DNA of 64,000 nucleotides. Origin: Peptococcaceae bacterium UBA5318. GTDB lineage: Bacteria; Bacillota; Peptococcia; DRI-13; UBA5318. The DNA is taken from the NCBI GenBank assembly GCA_002408285.1, contig DHRG01000013.1, positions 4,536 through 68,535 of the forward strand. The letters run 5' to 3'. Under the pieces are notes generated by a model. The model worked only from the letters and a program-made list of their open reading frames with translations. It did not search any database and was not told the origin of the DNA. Shown one piece after another: positions 1 through 8,526 of the stretch; position 1 is the stretch's first letter; each line of letters begins with the position of its first letter. The position numbers and the translations under genes were made by a program.

Positions 1-578
1 GCCGCCAATTTGTCCCCGTCCCGCTTGCTGTGGCTTCCCAGATAATCGAAGGTTTCCTTATATCTTTTATCCACAAGGTTTACGACAAAGCAGCCGGATC
101 CTTTGATCATCGGATAAGAATATCTTGTCGGGACAATCCCGACCATGACCATGGGCGGCGCATAGCTGCAATTGCCGCAATATCCCACCGCCAACACATT
201 GTTTTCTCCGTTTAAGCCCCGGCAGGAAACCAGAACCTTAGGCATGGGCTGGAGACAGGATTGCATATTTGCCTGTTGTTTCGCCGTTAAAGCGAATTCC
301 TCGGCGATTTTGTCGGCATTTCCCGATACGCCGGTTATAACGTTGATGTTTTTTTCAGCGAACGCCTGCCGGGTTTGTTCGTCCATCTCGCCGCAAAGAA
401 GCGCTCCGATTTTGAACTCTTCAAGAAAGCCGGGCAATAAATCCGGTTTATGTCCGGGATTATTAATGATCTGCCGCATGACGATCTTGCCGCGTTTTTC
501 CTCAAAGATTAAGAAGATATCGCAGCACCCGGTATTCTTTGACACATCCGCGCCCTTCACGGCAATCGAAAATTTCAT
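1..578 (-). CDS. Partial CDS (3' end lies beyond the window). An N-terminal NifX/NifB-C-like (FeMo-cofactor-binding family) domain is fused in frame to a flavin-reductase-like domain.
   Basis: My own minus-strand translation from the ATG at 578-576, with GAAAGGAG upstream: MKFSIAVKGADVSKNTGCCDIFLIFEEKRGKIV...GEMDEQTRQAFAEKNINVITGVSG, then PKVLVSCRGLNGENNVLAVGYCGNCSYAPPMVMVGIVPTRYSYPMIKGSGCFVVNLV. There is no stop before position 1. The ORF is missing from the track because it is open at the window edge. Confidence 0.6.
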   Translation of the reverse strand, partial: MKFSIAVKGADVSKNTGCCDIFLIFEEKRGKIVMRQIINNPGHKPDLLPGFLEEFKIGALLCGEMDEQTRQAFAEKNINVITGVSGNADKIAEEFALTAKQQANMQSCLQPMPKVLVSCRGLNGENNVLAVGYCGNCSYAPPMVMVGIVPTRYSYPMIKGSGCFVVNLVDKRYKETFDYLGSHSKRDGDKLA

Positions 579-696
579 TCTGCAAGACTCCTTTCAATAT
601 CAGTTCATCAGCGGTTATTACAGCCGCCGGTAAATACAAAAGAAGAAGTAAAGCGGCTTTGGGTAGCTTCACTGTATCGCCTCATCACGCAAAGCT

Positions 697-1179
697 TTAT
701 TCTTTCCTCCAGCCATGCCGACGGCAGTGTCCCCGGCAGAACCTACCCTTACGGCTCTGTACACAGGTAATTTTCTTTGAACCGCAGGCAGGACACGCAT
801 ACTCCCCGTTTTTGATGGATTCCATATTCTCGTAGCTCTCCATCCACTCCTTGCCGCAATCCAGGCATCTTACCGAGCAGATATTCCGGGTGAAATTACC
901 GCCCTCTATACGAATGATCTTTCCATTTACCAGACTGTCGGCAATTTTTTCTCTTGCCGACAAAAGAATACGTTGAAAGGTCGGGCGTGATACTTCCATC
1001 TTTTCCGCGCATTCGCTCTGCTCAAGTCCTTCCAGGTCCTTCAGACGGATGGCCTCCAGCTCCTCAAGCTTTAATATATTCTCCGGGATCTCGTCCACAT
1101 CTTTATCCGAGGGGATAAAGTAGGGGACGATAGGAACATTTTCAATCTTTCTCCATTTGGTCGGCCTTGCCACAGCCAT
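697..1179 (-). CDS. DUF134 (UPF0251) family predicted DNA-binding protein with a C-terminal Cys-rich zinc-ribbon-like tail
   Basis: MAVARPTKWRKIE...LKLEELEAIRLKDLEGLEQSECAEKMEVSRPTFQRILLSAREKIADSLVNGKIIRIEGG matches the DUF134 pattern. I prefer the ATG at 1179 over the TTG at 1197 used by the track. Confidence 0.7.
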   Translation of the reverse strand: MAVARPTKWRKIENVPIVPYFIPSDKDVDEIPENILKLEELEAIRLKDLEGLEQSECAEKMEVSRPTFQRILLSAREKIADSLVNGKIIRIEGGNFTRNICSVRCLDCGKEWMESYENMESIKNGEYACPACGSKKITCVQSRKGRFCRGHCRRHGWRKE

Positions 1180-1239
1180 CAACCCCGTTCCATCCAACTT
1201 GCCTAACGGCCTTCGCTCGTAATAGGGGACCCCCCAACA

Positions 1240-1870
1240 TTATTTTTGTTGATTGTACAATTTGCTCTTATAATAGCCGTCCGACAGATACAACGCCCCT
1301 ATAGGATTATGCGCTAAAACCCGATCCTTCACGGCAAATACGGTAATTGGCGCGTCGGAATATTTGATAAACAGGGAATCATGACCGACACACAATCCCA
1401 GAAGGATATTTAACTCTGTTTGCGCTTTGTTCAGGAAAACCGCCTGCCCGATGGGATTGCACATCGGCTCATATGTACCGGGACGGACCTTTTCGTTCTC
1501 TTTGATCCCTAAAAACTCTTTCGGGATACTTCCATTTTTGCATACGATGGAATGTACTTCAAAGCCGTTGTGCATCAGGATTTTGCAAAGGGCATTCGCT
1601 TCTTTTGCCAGTCCTATACAAAAAGCCAGCCCCAGCTTTTTATAGTTGCACTTGTTGGCAAATTCCATAATTTCTTCCAAGCCTTGTTTTTCTGCAATAG
1701 CCCCCTGCTTCCGTCAGCGCGGAATAGTAGGCCAGTTTTTTGTTGTCTTCATCTTGGTATAGTTCTTTGACTTTTTCTTGTTCTTCCTCATTACAGGGAC
1801 AATTCAACGGCGCTTTATCAAGTTCTGCCGTTCTACAGCTTCGATTACCGCACATCGCACATGTATACAT
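1240..1870 (-). pseudogene. DUF1847-family metal-binding protein split by a +1 frameshift (track ORFs 1640..1870 and 1240..1680)
   Basis: The N-terminal Cys-rich part (MYTCAMCGNRSC...ALTEAGGYCRKTRL) continues in another frame as EEIMEFANKCNYKKLGLAFCIGLAKEA...LGLCVGHDSLF. Removing one G from the GG at about 1676-1677 (minus-strand reading cttGGaagaa) restores ...KTRLEEIMEFA. Confidence 0.6.
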
Positions 1871-2043
1871 ATTCTCTCTTCTTTCTTTATTTTCTTATCG
1901 GTCACCCGGAACAAATGATATGACGATATTTATATGTTAATTAAATAATGAGCATATGTCAACATTGCTCGTTCATTGGACAACTATCCACCATGAGAAT
2001 AAGGCAGGGATTGCTGCCTGCCTTATTCTCGGGGGTCAAAGGA

Positions 2044-2379
2044 TTATTCGCCGTCTTCCTTCAAACGCGAAAGGCGCTTTTTTACCTGCTGAAGCTGTTT
2101 TTCCAGAAACTCCGCCTGACTGTTCAAAAACTCTCTTTCATCGGCGGCTTCTCCGTTTGCTTCGGCATACGCGGGGTATCCAAGACGCGCCCATCCCGGC
2201 AACCCGGTCGCATAGAACATTCTCCGGAATCCACGTCCTCTGCCGAATCCGCATCCAAAGCCTCCCGCAAATCCCATCGGATTCGCATAGCCTGGAGCTG
2301 CATAGCCTGCGCAGTAGCCCGCGCCTCTTCCCGTCATCCGGCCCATTCCCGCAGGACCTGTTCCGTTTCCTCTCGGCAT
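2044..2379 (-). CDS. DUF5320 family protein (Gly/Arg-rich N-terminus, C-terminal coiled coil)
   Basis: MPRGNGTGPAGMGRMTGRGAGYCAGY... followed by a heptad-like tail, EFLEKQLQQVKKRLSRLKE. AAGGAGGTGA lies 5 nt upstream of the ATG at 2379. Confidence 0.6.
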   Translation of the reverse strand: MPRGNGTGPAGMGRMTGRGAGYCAGYAAPGYANPMGFAGGFGCGFGRGRGFRRMFYATGLPGWARLGYPAYAEANGEAADEREFLNSQAEFLEKQLQQVKKRLSRLKEDGE

Positions 2380-2415
2380 CGTTCTCACCTCCTTAAATTT
2401 TAATTGCATCCCTGT

Positions 2416-2832
2416 TTATAGAAACTCTGTTCTATACTGATATTCGGACAATTCCTCAAGCTGTCGGTCAATACGATCCGCCGTTTCAGAACTGATTAAG
2501 TGTTCCATACGGCAGGCGTCCTCTGCGGCTATTCCGGCTTCCACTCCGAGAACATTATGAAGAAACCGCTTGAGCACTTCATATCTTCTTTTTATATTGA
2601 CAGCCACATTCTTTCCACTCTCCGTCAGGGTTACAACACCGTACTTTTCCTTGGTGACATACCCCTCGTCCCTGAGAACATTCATCATACTGCTCACGCT
2701 GGCTTTTGAAACGCCAAGAGCGTTGGCAATATCTACCGAACGAATGCCCTCTTCACCCGACAGCCCCAGCATGACCTTCAAATAATTCTCTTTGGACGGG
2801 GTCATTTTCCCTGTTTGGCTGTTTCCTCCCAT
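2416..2832 (-). CDS. DtxR/MntR family metal-dependent transcriptional repressor (short form without an SH3-like domain)
   Basis: ENYLKVMLGLSGEEGIRSVDIANALGVSKASVSSMMNVLRDEGYVTKEKYGVVTLTESG...RRYEVLKRFLHNVLGV is a typical DtxR winged-helix plus dimerisation region. The start could be the internal ATG at 2805. Confidence 0.8.
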   Translation of the reverse strand: MGGNSQTGKMTPSKENYLKVMLGLSGEEGIRSVDIANALGVSKASVSSMMNVLRDEGYVTKEKYGVVTLTESGKNVAVNIKRRYEVLKRFLHNVLGVEAGIAAEDACRMEHLISSETADRIDRQLEELSEYQYRTEFL

Positions 2833-2835
2833 TTT

Positions 2836-3048
2836 CTAAGAGCCTCTAATCATAGCCGCCCCGCACCTAGGGCATTTCATTGAAGTGCAGGGAACGCCTG
2901 CCGCATGCGCAGTTTTCTCACCGCATTTCGGGCAAATACAATATCCTGCCGGACCTGCGCCCATTGGCCCGCGTTGTCCCCTCCGCCCTATACCACGGCC
3001 CGATACAGGTCCTTGGCCCAGCGGCCCTGTTCCGTCTCTTCCAGGCAT
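2836..3048 (-). CDS. Small DUF5320-like Gly/Arg-rich protein with a CxxC...CxxC zinc ribbon
   Basis: MPGRDGTGPLGQGPVSGRGIGRRGQRG...CICPKCGEKTAHAAGVPCTSMKCPRCGAAM. GAGGAGA lies 7 nt upstream of the ATG at 3048. Confidence 0.5.
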   Translation of the reverse strand: MPGRDGTGPLGQGPVSGRGIGRRGQRGPMGAGPAGYCICPKCGEKTAHAAGVPCTSMKCPRCGAAMIRGS

Positions 3049-3228
3049 AATCATTCTCCTCTCTAAGCTGATAATCTTATTGCCTTAACCGGGCATTCTT
3101 CGACGCAAACGCTTCAATAGTTATTGTCGTATGCTCATAACTATAATACTGCTGTTTTGGGCATATGTCAATAACCTTGCGAAAAAACTTTCTTTTTATA
3201 AAACAAAAAAGGGAGCCTTCTGAAACGC

Positions 3229-3257
3229 TTGACAAAGCTCTCGAATATAAGTATATT
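3229..3257 (+). promoter_or_regulatory. Sigma-A-type promoter for the plus-strand ferredoxin/ArsR operon
   Basis: TTGACA (3229-3234), a 17-nt spacer, then TATATT (3252-3257). It is immediately followed by the perfect 10-bp palindrome AGTAATTACT (3258-3267). Confidence 0.4.
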
Positions 3258-3280
3258 AGTAATTACTTAAATACTGAAGG

Positions 3281-3499
3281 GTGGTCTTTATGGTAAGCAG
3301 AAAAAAAGCGGCTTTACTATCAAAAGAATGTGTCGCGTGCGGGTGTTGCGCGAAAAGCTGCCCGCTGGGTGCGATCTCCATATACAGGGGTCTGCATGCC
3401 TTAATCGATGGGAATAAATGTGCAGGGTGCGCAAGATGCGAGGCTGCCTGTCCTGCACAGGTCATATCCCTTGTTTTGGAGGAGATTGCCGCATGTTGA
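3281..3499 (+). CDS. 2x[4Fe-4S] ferredoxin
   Basis: Two CxxCxxCxxxCP motifs are present: CVACGCCAKSCP and CAGCARCEAACP. Confidence 0.7.
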   Translation: MVFMVSRKKAALLSKECVACGCCAKSCPLGAISIYRGLHALIDGNKCAGCARCEAACPAQVISLVLEEIAAC

Positions 3500-4101
3500 A
3501 ACAGAAGCGCTGGTATGACTATCTCTGGATTGCGTCGGCTATTTACCTGGCGCTTGGGTTTTTTAATATCCTGTTTGCGTGGCTTGGGCTGATCTGCTTT
3601 ATTACGCCGCTGCTTATCGCAATCATTAAGGGGAATAAAACCTATTGCAACAGGTATTGCGGTCGCGGCCAGTTGTTTGAGCTACTGGGCGGCCGGTTGG
3701 GATTTTCCCGAAAAAAAGCGCCGCCTAAATTCCTGCGTTCAAAATGGTTCCGGTATGGGTTTCTGGCCTTCTTTATGACGATGTTTGGAATGATGGTTTA
3801 CGCTACCTATGCTGTTTTTTGGGGCGCACCCCTTAAAAAAGCGGTAACGCTCTTATGGACGTTTAAGCTGCCATGGGACTGGGTTGATACGTCCATGGCG
3901 GCTCCTTGGATGGCTCAGTTTGCCTTTGGGTTTTACGGCGTTATGCTGACATCCACATTGCTCGGCCTATTGACGATGCTTCTGTGCAAACCCCGTTCAT
4001 GGTGCGTATATTGCCCGATGGGAACCATGACGCAGGGAATCTGCCAAATAAAATATAGAAAGGAGTTTTCAAATGGAACGCAGAGCAAAGCAAATTGCTG
4101 A
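3493..4101 (+). CDS. Integral membrane 4Fe-4S-binding-like protein
   Basis: From MLKQKRWYDYLWIASAIYLALGFFNILFAWLG there are several hydrophobic helices plus the Cys motifs CNRYCGRGQ and WCVYCPMG. I prefer the start at 3493, which overlaps the ferredoxin stop, over the track start at 3418. Confidence 0.5.
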   Translation: MLKQKRWYDYLWIASAIYLALGFFNILFAWLGLICFITPLLIAIIKGNKTYCNRYCGRGQLFELLGGRLGFSRKKAPPKFLRSKWFRYGFLAFFMTMFGMMVYATYAVFWGAPLKKAVTLLWTFKLPWDWVDTSMAAPWMAQFAFGFYGVMLTSTLLGLLTMLLCKPRSWCVYCPMGTMTQGICQIKYRKEFSNGTQSKANC

Positions 4102-4363
4102 ACTGCTGAAGGTCCTCGCCAATGAATACCGGTTGCTTATATTATGTGAGCTTAACAAAGGGCCAAAAACCGTGAGCGGTCTTGGAGAAAAGATGCCCAA
4201 TATCACACAATCGGCACTGTCTCAGCATCTGGCGCTGTTAAAGGCCCAAGGAATTCTGGATTTTTCAAAGTCGGGGCAGAGCGTTACCTATTCCATTGCC
4301 GATCACAGGGTGGAGGAGGTTATGTCCGTGCTTAAAAAACACTATTGCGATAAGGAGAATTGA
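4073..4363 (+). CDS. ArsR/SmtB family transcriptional regulator
   Basis: LLKVLANEYRLLILCELNKGPKTVSGLGEKMPNITQSALSQHLALLKAQGIL is a typical ArsR helix-turn-helix. Confidence 0.8.
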   Translation: MERRAKQIAELLKVLANEYRLLILCELNKGPKTVSGLGEKMPNITQSALSQHLALLKAQGILDFSKSGQSVTYSIADHRVEEVMSVLKKHYCDKEN

Positions 4364-4368
4364 TATAG

Positions 4369-4566
4369 ATGGAACTGATCATCAACAAGAATAAATGCCC
4401 GCAGAACCACAAGTGCCCGGCCATGGCCGTCTGTCCTAAGGATGCGATTGCACAGAAGGACATTTTCTCGCTGCCGGTCATCGACAAGGACAAATGCATC
4501 GTTTGTGGGAAGTGTATCCGATTCTGTCCGATGGGAGCGTTTGAAAAGCATGGCGCACAGGTTTGA
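4369..4566 (+). CDS. Small 4Fe-4S ferredoxin-like protein
   Basis: CPQNHKCPAMAVCP and CIVCGKCIRFCP motifs. Confidence 0.55.
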   Translation: MELIINKNKCPQNHKCPAMAVCPKDAIAQKDIFSLPVIDKDKCIVCGKCIRFCPMGAFEKHGAQV

Positions 4567-4828
4567 AAACCCGAAACGGGTGGAAGAATTAAATCCGAAA
4601 AAAAACCTGATAAAAATTGGACTTTTACGTCAGAGCGTGTTCTGCGATATAGGCGCCGGAACGGGTATCTTTACGTTTGCTGCCGCCGGAATAACTGAAA
4701 ACACAGTTTATGCCGTTGAAATATCGGGCGAAATGCAAGGGATATTGCGCTCAAAAAGCAATATTCGCGATGTCAACATAGTTCATAAAGCGGCAACGCC
4801 TATGGGTCCGCCTAATGAATCAAAGTAG
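4550..4828 (+). pseudogene. Truncated class I SAM-dependent methyltransferase (N-terminal ~90 aa only)
   Basis: MAHRFENPKRVEELNP...VFCDIGAGTGIFTFAAAG...VYAVEIS carries motif I (DIGAGTG). The frame ends at 4828, exactly where the composition drops to AT-rich DNA. The post-I and C-terminal motifs are absent. Confidence 0.5.
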
Positions 4829-4975
4829 TTATAATTTTCAAAAAGAAGATGCAATCTAAACATATTTTTGTAGGGTTTATTCCAGATTTTTATTTTATTA
4901 CAACCATCGCATGTATCTTGACAATCATAATTCCCAATTATTTTCCTGGGCCACCTAATTCTCTACTACTAACGA

Positions 4976-5003
4976 AAGAAAAGAGCCTGCGGGCTCTTTT
5001 TAT
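4976..5003. terminator. Bidirectional stem-loop terminator
   Basis: AAAAGAGCC-tgcg-GGCTCTTTT is flanked by T/A runs on both strands and abuts the stop of the 5009..5437 gene. Confidence 0.5.
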
Positions 5004-5008
5004 AGTAT

Positions 5009-5437
5009 CTATAGTAAACTTTTTAGTTTTTCAATAGACTTTCTATCCTTATGCAGTATCTCACCTGCAATATCTCTTGACCTCTCGTCCAAATCTCCCC
5101 TTAGAACTTTTTCCGCCATATTAACGCCTTGGGTTTCTCCTTCAATAGCTTTTCCTATAATTTCAGCTGTATTTGCATCAGAACCTAAATCCATGCTGAT
5201 TTTAATATCTCCCATTTTCCCCTTCATTCCAAGATTCTCTTCCGGCCGCCCGCCTATATCTTGAATATAGCTTGCTAGTTTGTCAATATTTTCCCTATGC
5301 TGTTTCTGTACTTCTTTAAAAGCTTGCTTTACCTTCCCATCTTTTAACTTAGATATAAAGTTATTGAAACTCTCAACTGCCATATATTCTCCCTGTAAAA
5401 GTTGGTTAAGTGATTCTATTGTTTTTGTGTTGGACAC
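5009..5437 (-). CDS. Four-helix-bundle, ferritin-like protein (DUF2383/PA2169-like)
   Basis: IESLNQLLQGEYMAVESFNNFISKLKDGKVKQAFKEVQKQHRENIDKLASYIQDIGGRPEE resembles the DUF2383 pattern. A good GGAGG ribosome-binding site lies upstream. Confidence 0.55.
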   Translation of the reverse strand: MSNTKTIESLNQLLQGEYMAVESFNNFISKLKDGKVKQAFKEVQKQHRENIDKLASYIQDIGGRPEENLGMKGKMGDIKISMDLGSDANTAEIIGKAIEGETQGVNMAEKVLRGDLDERSRDIAGEILHKDRKSIEKLKSLL

Positions 5438-5889
5438 TTTGCTTATTCCTCCTTAGATTTATACTGTTTTTTATTTTTTCACTAAAAACATACATTGATA
5501 CATCTAAATATAAAAAGAGGCCGGTTTCCCAGCCCCTATGCTTATACTGCTATTTCCAACGGTTTTCAAGTCGGCTGACAGGCTGTTGGTGTACATTGGG
5601 GAATATCGGCAAGGCTTGGTAAATCTAGATTTTTTAGTTTCTATGGTTTGTGTAAGTTGGTGAAAATATGGGGTCATTTTTAAAAAGTGTCACCAAAACT
5701 GTCACCGAAGTTCCCCTTTATTACAGTATCTCAAATAGAGCAAGAACTAAGAATTAACTATCATACTGCAAATAGATTGGTTGCAGCATTTGAAAAAGAA
5801 GGTATATTAAAAAATATCAGCGGCGCCTCAGAGCATTGCCCCATTGCTTTATCTCCTGAACTACTCTATTTTCCCTTTACTTCACTTAA

Positions 5890-6228
5890 TCAAACCAATA
5901 CGCAACATATATAAGTTATCATCTTGCATTTTACCATATAAATACTTTAAAACCCGCAGCCGCTATCGGACCTTTAAATAACCCCCATATTGTTGCCCAA
6001 AGAGGAGTTTTTACGGTATTCCCACATGTTAAGAATTTAACAGCACTGGAAAATTTTTTAGACGCTTCAGATTACTTATATAAAATATGTATTGCCTGGG
6101 AAAGCTTTGACATTATCCGTACTCAACTAACGCGTTATGGGATTACCAGATTTACCCTCTTCCCTGATATTACAGAAATCGTCCGAGAGATAAACCAGCA
6201 AGTTCAAGATGAAGTGATTATTCCCTAA
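5890..6228 (+). pseudogene. Start-less remnant of the C-terminus of an FRG-domain protein
   Basis: My own translation gives ...NNPHIVAQRGVFTVFPHVKNLTALENFLDASDYLYKICIAWESFDIIRTQLTRYGITRFTLFPDITEIVREINQQ*. There is no start codon. The preceding ORF (5687..5914, ...VSQIEQELRINYHTANRLVAAFEKEGILK) looks like a separate Fic-type wHTH fragment. Confidence 0.4.
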
Positions 6229-6252
6229 TTTAACAAAGAAAGCTGTCTATAC

Positions 6253-7179
6253 CTATGTTGAACCGATAGAAGGCTCCAGATACCTGCCTGCTTCCGCCAG
6301 GGGATAATCATGGTACCGTGCCTGGGAGGCCAGAGCTTCCCCGTCCCCACGGTACTTTTTGCGGAACTCCGAAGGTGTGCAGTGATAGCTTAGCTTGAAG
6401 TGTTTGATCAGGTATTTCGGGTCGGAAAACCCGCTTTCCGCTGAAATTTTGGCGATCCGTTTATCCGTACACAAGAGCAGTTTGGCCGCCTGTTCACCCC
6501 TGATGTGCTGCAGCAACCCCTGGAAGGTAAGGCCGAATTTGTCCTTAATGTCATGGGACAGATGATAAAGGCTGATGCCGGCTTCTCCCGCCAGATTTTT
6601 CAACCCCGGTTTTCCGGGAGGAAACTTCAAGATATCCTGATACATTTTTCTGTTTCTTTGTACCTGTTTTTCGTCAAAGGCTTTGCGCCCGGGTCCAAAG
6701 CGCAGGTAATCAAAGCTATAGGCCATATAGGAAAGCATTTTTCCCAGACACTCCCGGACGTTTTCTTCTTGATTTTTATGGGGCTTCTCATTGAACACAC
6801 CCAGCAAAGCAGCAAGATACCCCTTCAGCCTACGGTACTTTTCCGGCGCTTGTGTTTCGTAATACGGGGAACAGCAATAGATAACTGAATATTGATGATC
6901 CCGATGCAGCCCTCTATAGAAGGCGGCATCAATTTGCAGCAACAAAAGCTTATTATCCCGGCTGCCTCTATCAATCCGGTGTATCTCCTCCGGATTGATC
7001 ACCAGGATATCCTTCTCATTCAGCAGGTGGGTTGCGGCGCCTACCCCGACAGTTGCTTGTCCCTGCAAGACATAGACGATTTCCAAGGCACTGTGCCAGT
7101 GGTAGGGATAGCTGGTCACCTCCCGGACCATTGCCCTGAGCTGTCTGTCTGGCGGAAAGGTTATTACTTCCGGACGCAT
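6253..7179 (-). CDS. AraC family transcriptional regulator (N-terminal cupin, C-terminal HTH); paralog 1
   Basis: YPYHWHSALEIVYVLQG...INPEEIHRI is the cupin part and ...LAGEAGISLYHLSHDIKDKFGLTFQGLL...IAKISAESGFSDPKYLIKHFKLSYHCTPSEFRK is the AraC HTH. Confidence 0.85.
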   Translation of the reverse strand: MRPEVITFPPDRQLRAMVREVTSYPYHWHSALEIVYVLQGQATVGVGAATHLLNEKDILVINPEEIHRIDRGSRDNKLLLLQIDAAFYRGLHRDHQYSVIYCCSPYYETQAPEKYRRLKGYLAALLGVFNEKPHKNQEENVRECLGKMLSYMAYSFDYLRFGPGRKAFDEKQVQRNRKMYQDILKFPPGKPGLKNLAGEAGISLYHLSHDIKDKFGLTFQGLLQHIRGEQAAKLLLCTDKRIAKISAESGFSDPKYLIKHFKLSYHCTPSEFRKKYRGDGEALASQARYHDYPLAEAGRYLEPSIGST

Positions 7180-7236
7180 GCCTCTCTCAACTCCTCCTTT
7201 TATCCCTTTTCATTGTATTGCCCCGGTGGAAAAGAT

Positions 7237-7253
7237 TCATTGACAATTTTGCG
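7237..7253 (+). promoter_or_regulatory. 17-nt motif TCATTGACAATTTTGCG, copy A
   Basis: An identical 17-mer also occurs at 28214-28230 and 36578-36594. All three copies lie in 5' intergenic regions of island operons. Confidence 0.5.
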
Positions 7254-7254
7254 C

Positions 7255-7341
7255 ATAAACAGAGTTCTAACCTTCAGTGGGAGTTTTAACTCCCCACTGA
7301 AGGTTAGAACTCGTTATCCAGGAACTTAGCGCCGCTTAGCT
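7255..7341 (+). repeat. Structured intergenic repeat, copy 1 (short form, 87 nt)
   Basis: ATAAACAGAGTTCTAACCTTCAGTGGGAGTTTTAACTCCCCACTGAAGGTTAGAACTCGTTATCCAGGAACTTAGCGCCGCTTAGCTATCGGATA aligns with copies at 12042-12251 and, inverted, at 28050-28182. Confidence 0.85.
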
Positions 7342-7452
7342 ATCGGATAAAAAAACCTTTAAGAATTCTTAAAGGTTTTTGCCGTCCTATCTTTCTATGT
7401 GCCCTTTATTCTCCGGGTGAAAAAAGGAGCCTGCGCGTAGAGTGGACTGTCT

Positions 7453-8358
7453 TTATCCGCTGTATTTGTCCGCCTCGGAAAGAGGATAATCCTGATACCT
7501 TGCCTGCGCAGCCAGGGCCTTGCCGTCGGCCTGATGCGCTTTGCGGAACTTGGAAGGGGTGCATCCAAAGTTTAGTTTAAAATGCTTGATCAGATATTTC
7601 GGGTCGGAAAACCCGCATTCCATGGCGATGTCCATAATGCGTCTATCGCTGCTTAAAAGCAGCTTGGCCGCACGTTCTATCCTGCTGTAATACAACAATT
7701 CCTGAAAAGTGAAGCCGAACTTGTTTTTAATATCGTGACTCAGGTGGTGCAGGCTGACCTCAATCTCCGCGGCCAGTTCTTTAAGCCCAAGAGTCCGGTC
7801 GCAATTTTTGTTCGAATACAGAGCGATTTGTTTAAGCCTTTCTACCTGCCTTTCCTCAAAGGCTACCGTTCCATATCCCCAACGCAAAAGATCAAAGTTG
7901 TAGGTAAGATAATGGAGCATGGCCGTCACAAGGTTTTCAATATTTTTATGATGCCCCGCCTGAGGTTTGGCCTTTAAGGCCTCGATCAGCCGGGCCACAT
8001 ATCCCTTTAATTTTTTATACCTGTCGGGGGCCTTGGTCTCATGGTAGCTCGAGCAGCAGTAGAGAAACAAATACCTGTCGCCCAGGAGTTTCCGGTAGAA
8101 GCCGGAGTCGATTTGCATAATCAGGATTTGATTATCCTGCCGGCTTTTGACGATGCGGTGCAGCTCATTCATGTTAATGACGGCCAGATCGTTTTCATGC
8201 AAGAGAAGTTCGTCGTTACCCAAACTGATATGGACCGACCCTTTAAAGACCTGGACAATTTCCAGGGCTTCATGCCAGTGGTAGGGATATTCCTCCACAG
8301 ACCTGACGAAGGCCCTGACCGGCAGTTTATCCACGAATTCAATTATCTCCGGGCGCAT
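7453..8358 (-). CDS. AraC family transcriptional regulator (cupin plus HTH); paralog 2
   Basis: It is collinear with the 6253..7179 product, for example MRPEIIEF...YPYHWHEALEIVQVFKG against MRPEVITF...YPYHWHSALEIVYVLQG. Both share the tail ...GFSDPKYLIKHFKL..CTPS.FRK...DG.ALA.QARY.DYPL.EA. Confidence 0.85.
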   Translation of the reverse strand: MRPEIIEFVDKLPVRAFVRSVEEYPYHWHEALEIVQVFKGSVHISLGNDELLLHENDLAVINMNELHRIVKSRQDNQILIMQIDSGFYRKLLGDRYLFLYCCSSYHETKAPDRYKKLKGYVARLIEALKAKPQAGHHKNIENLVTAMLHYLTYNFDLLRWGYGTVAFEERQVERLKQIALYSNKNCDRTLGLKELAAEIEVSLHHLSHDIKNKFGFTFQELLYYSRIERAAKLLLSSDRRIMDIAMECGFSDPKYLIKHFKLNFGCTPSKFRKAHQADGKALAAQARYQDYPLSEADKYSG

Positions 8359-8526
8359 CTCCTCACCACCACCCGGCTGCCTCGCCTAAGGCGGCGCGCA
8401 GCGGAAAAATTCAAGATTGCGACATTTTAACTGTATCTATTATAATATTATATCCTTAAAACAGGAAAAACTGAATCCGAAAATCAACCGCTCACCCTGC
8501 CAGGGAGAGGAGGGTCTTGCCCTTGG

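Noticed and set aside
172-633. Track ORFs on the plus strand at the left edge (30..215, 172..633, 539..835).
   Set aside because: They lie antisense to an edge-truncated minus-strand gene (1..578). That gene has a good ribosome-binding site and recognisable NifX-like and flavin-reductase-like sequence. The plus-strand products have no recognisable features.
7237-7253. The TTGACA inside the 17-mer considered as the -35 box of a shared sigma-A promoter.
   Set aside because: None of the three copies has a credible -10 hexamer 16-19 nt downstream on either strand. The motif orientation relative to the flanking genes also differs.
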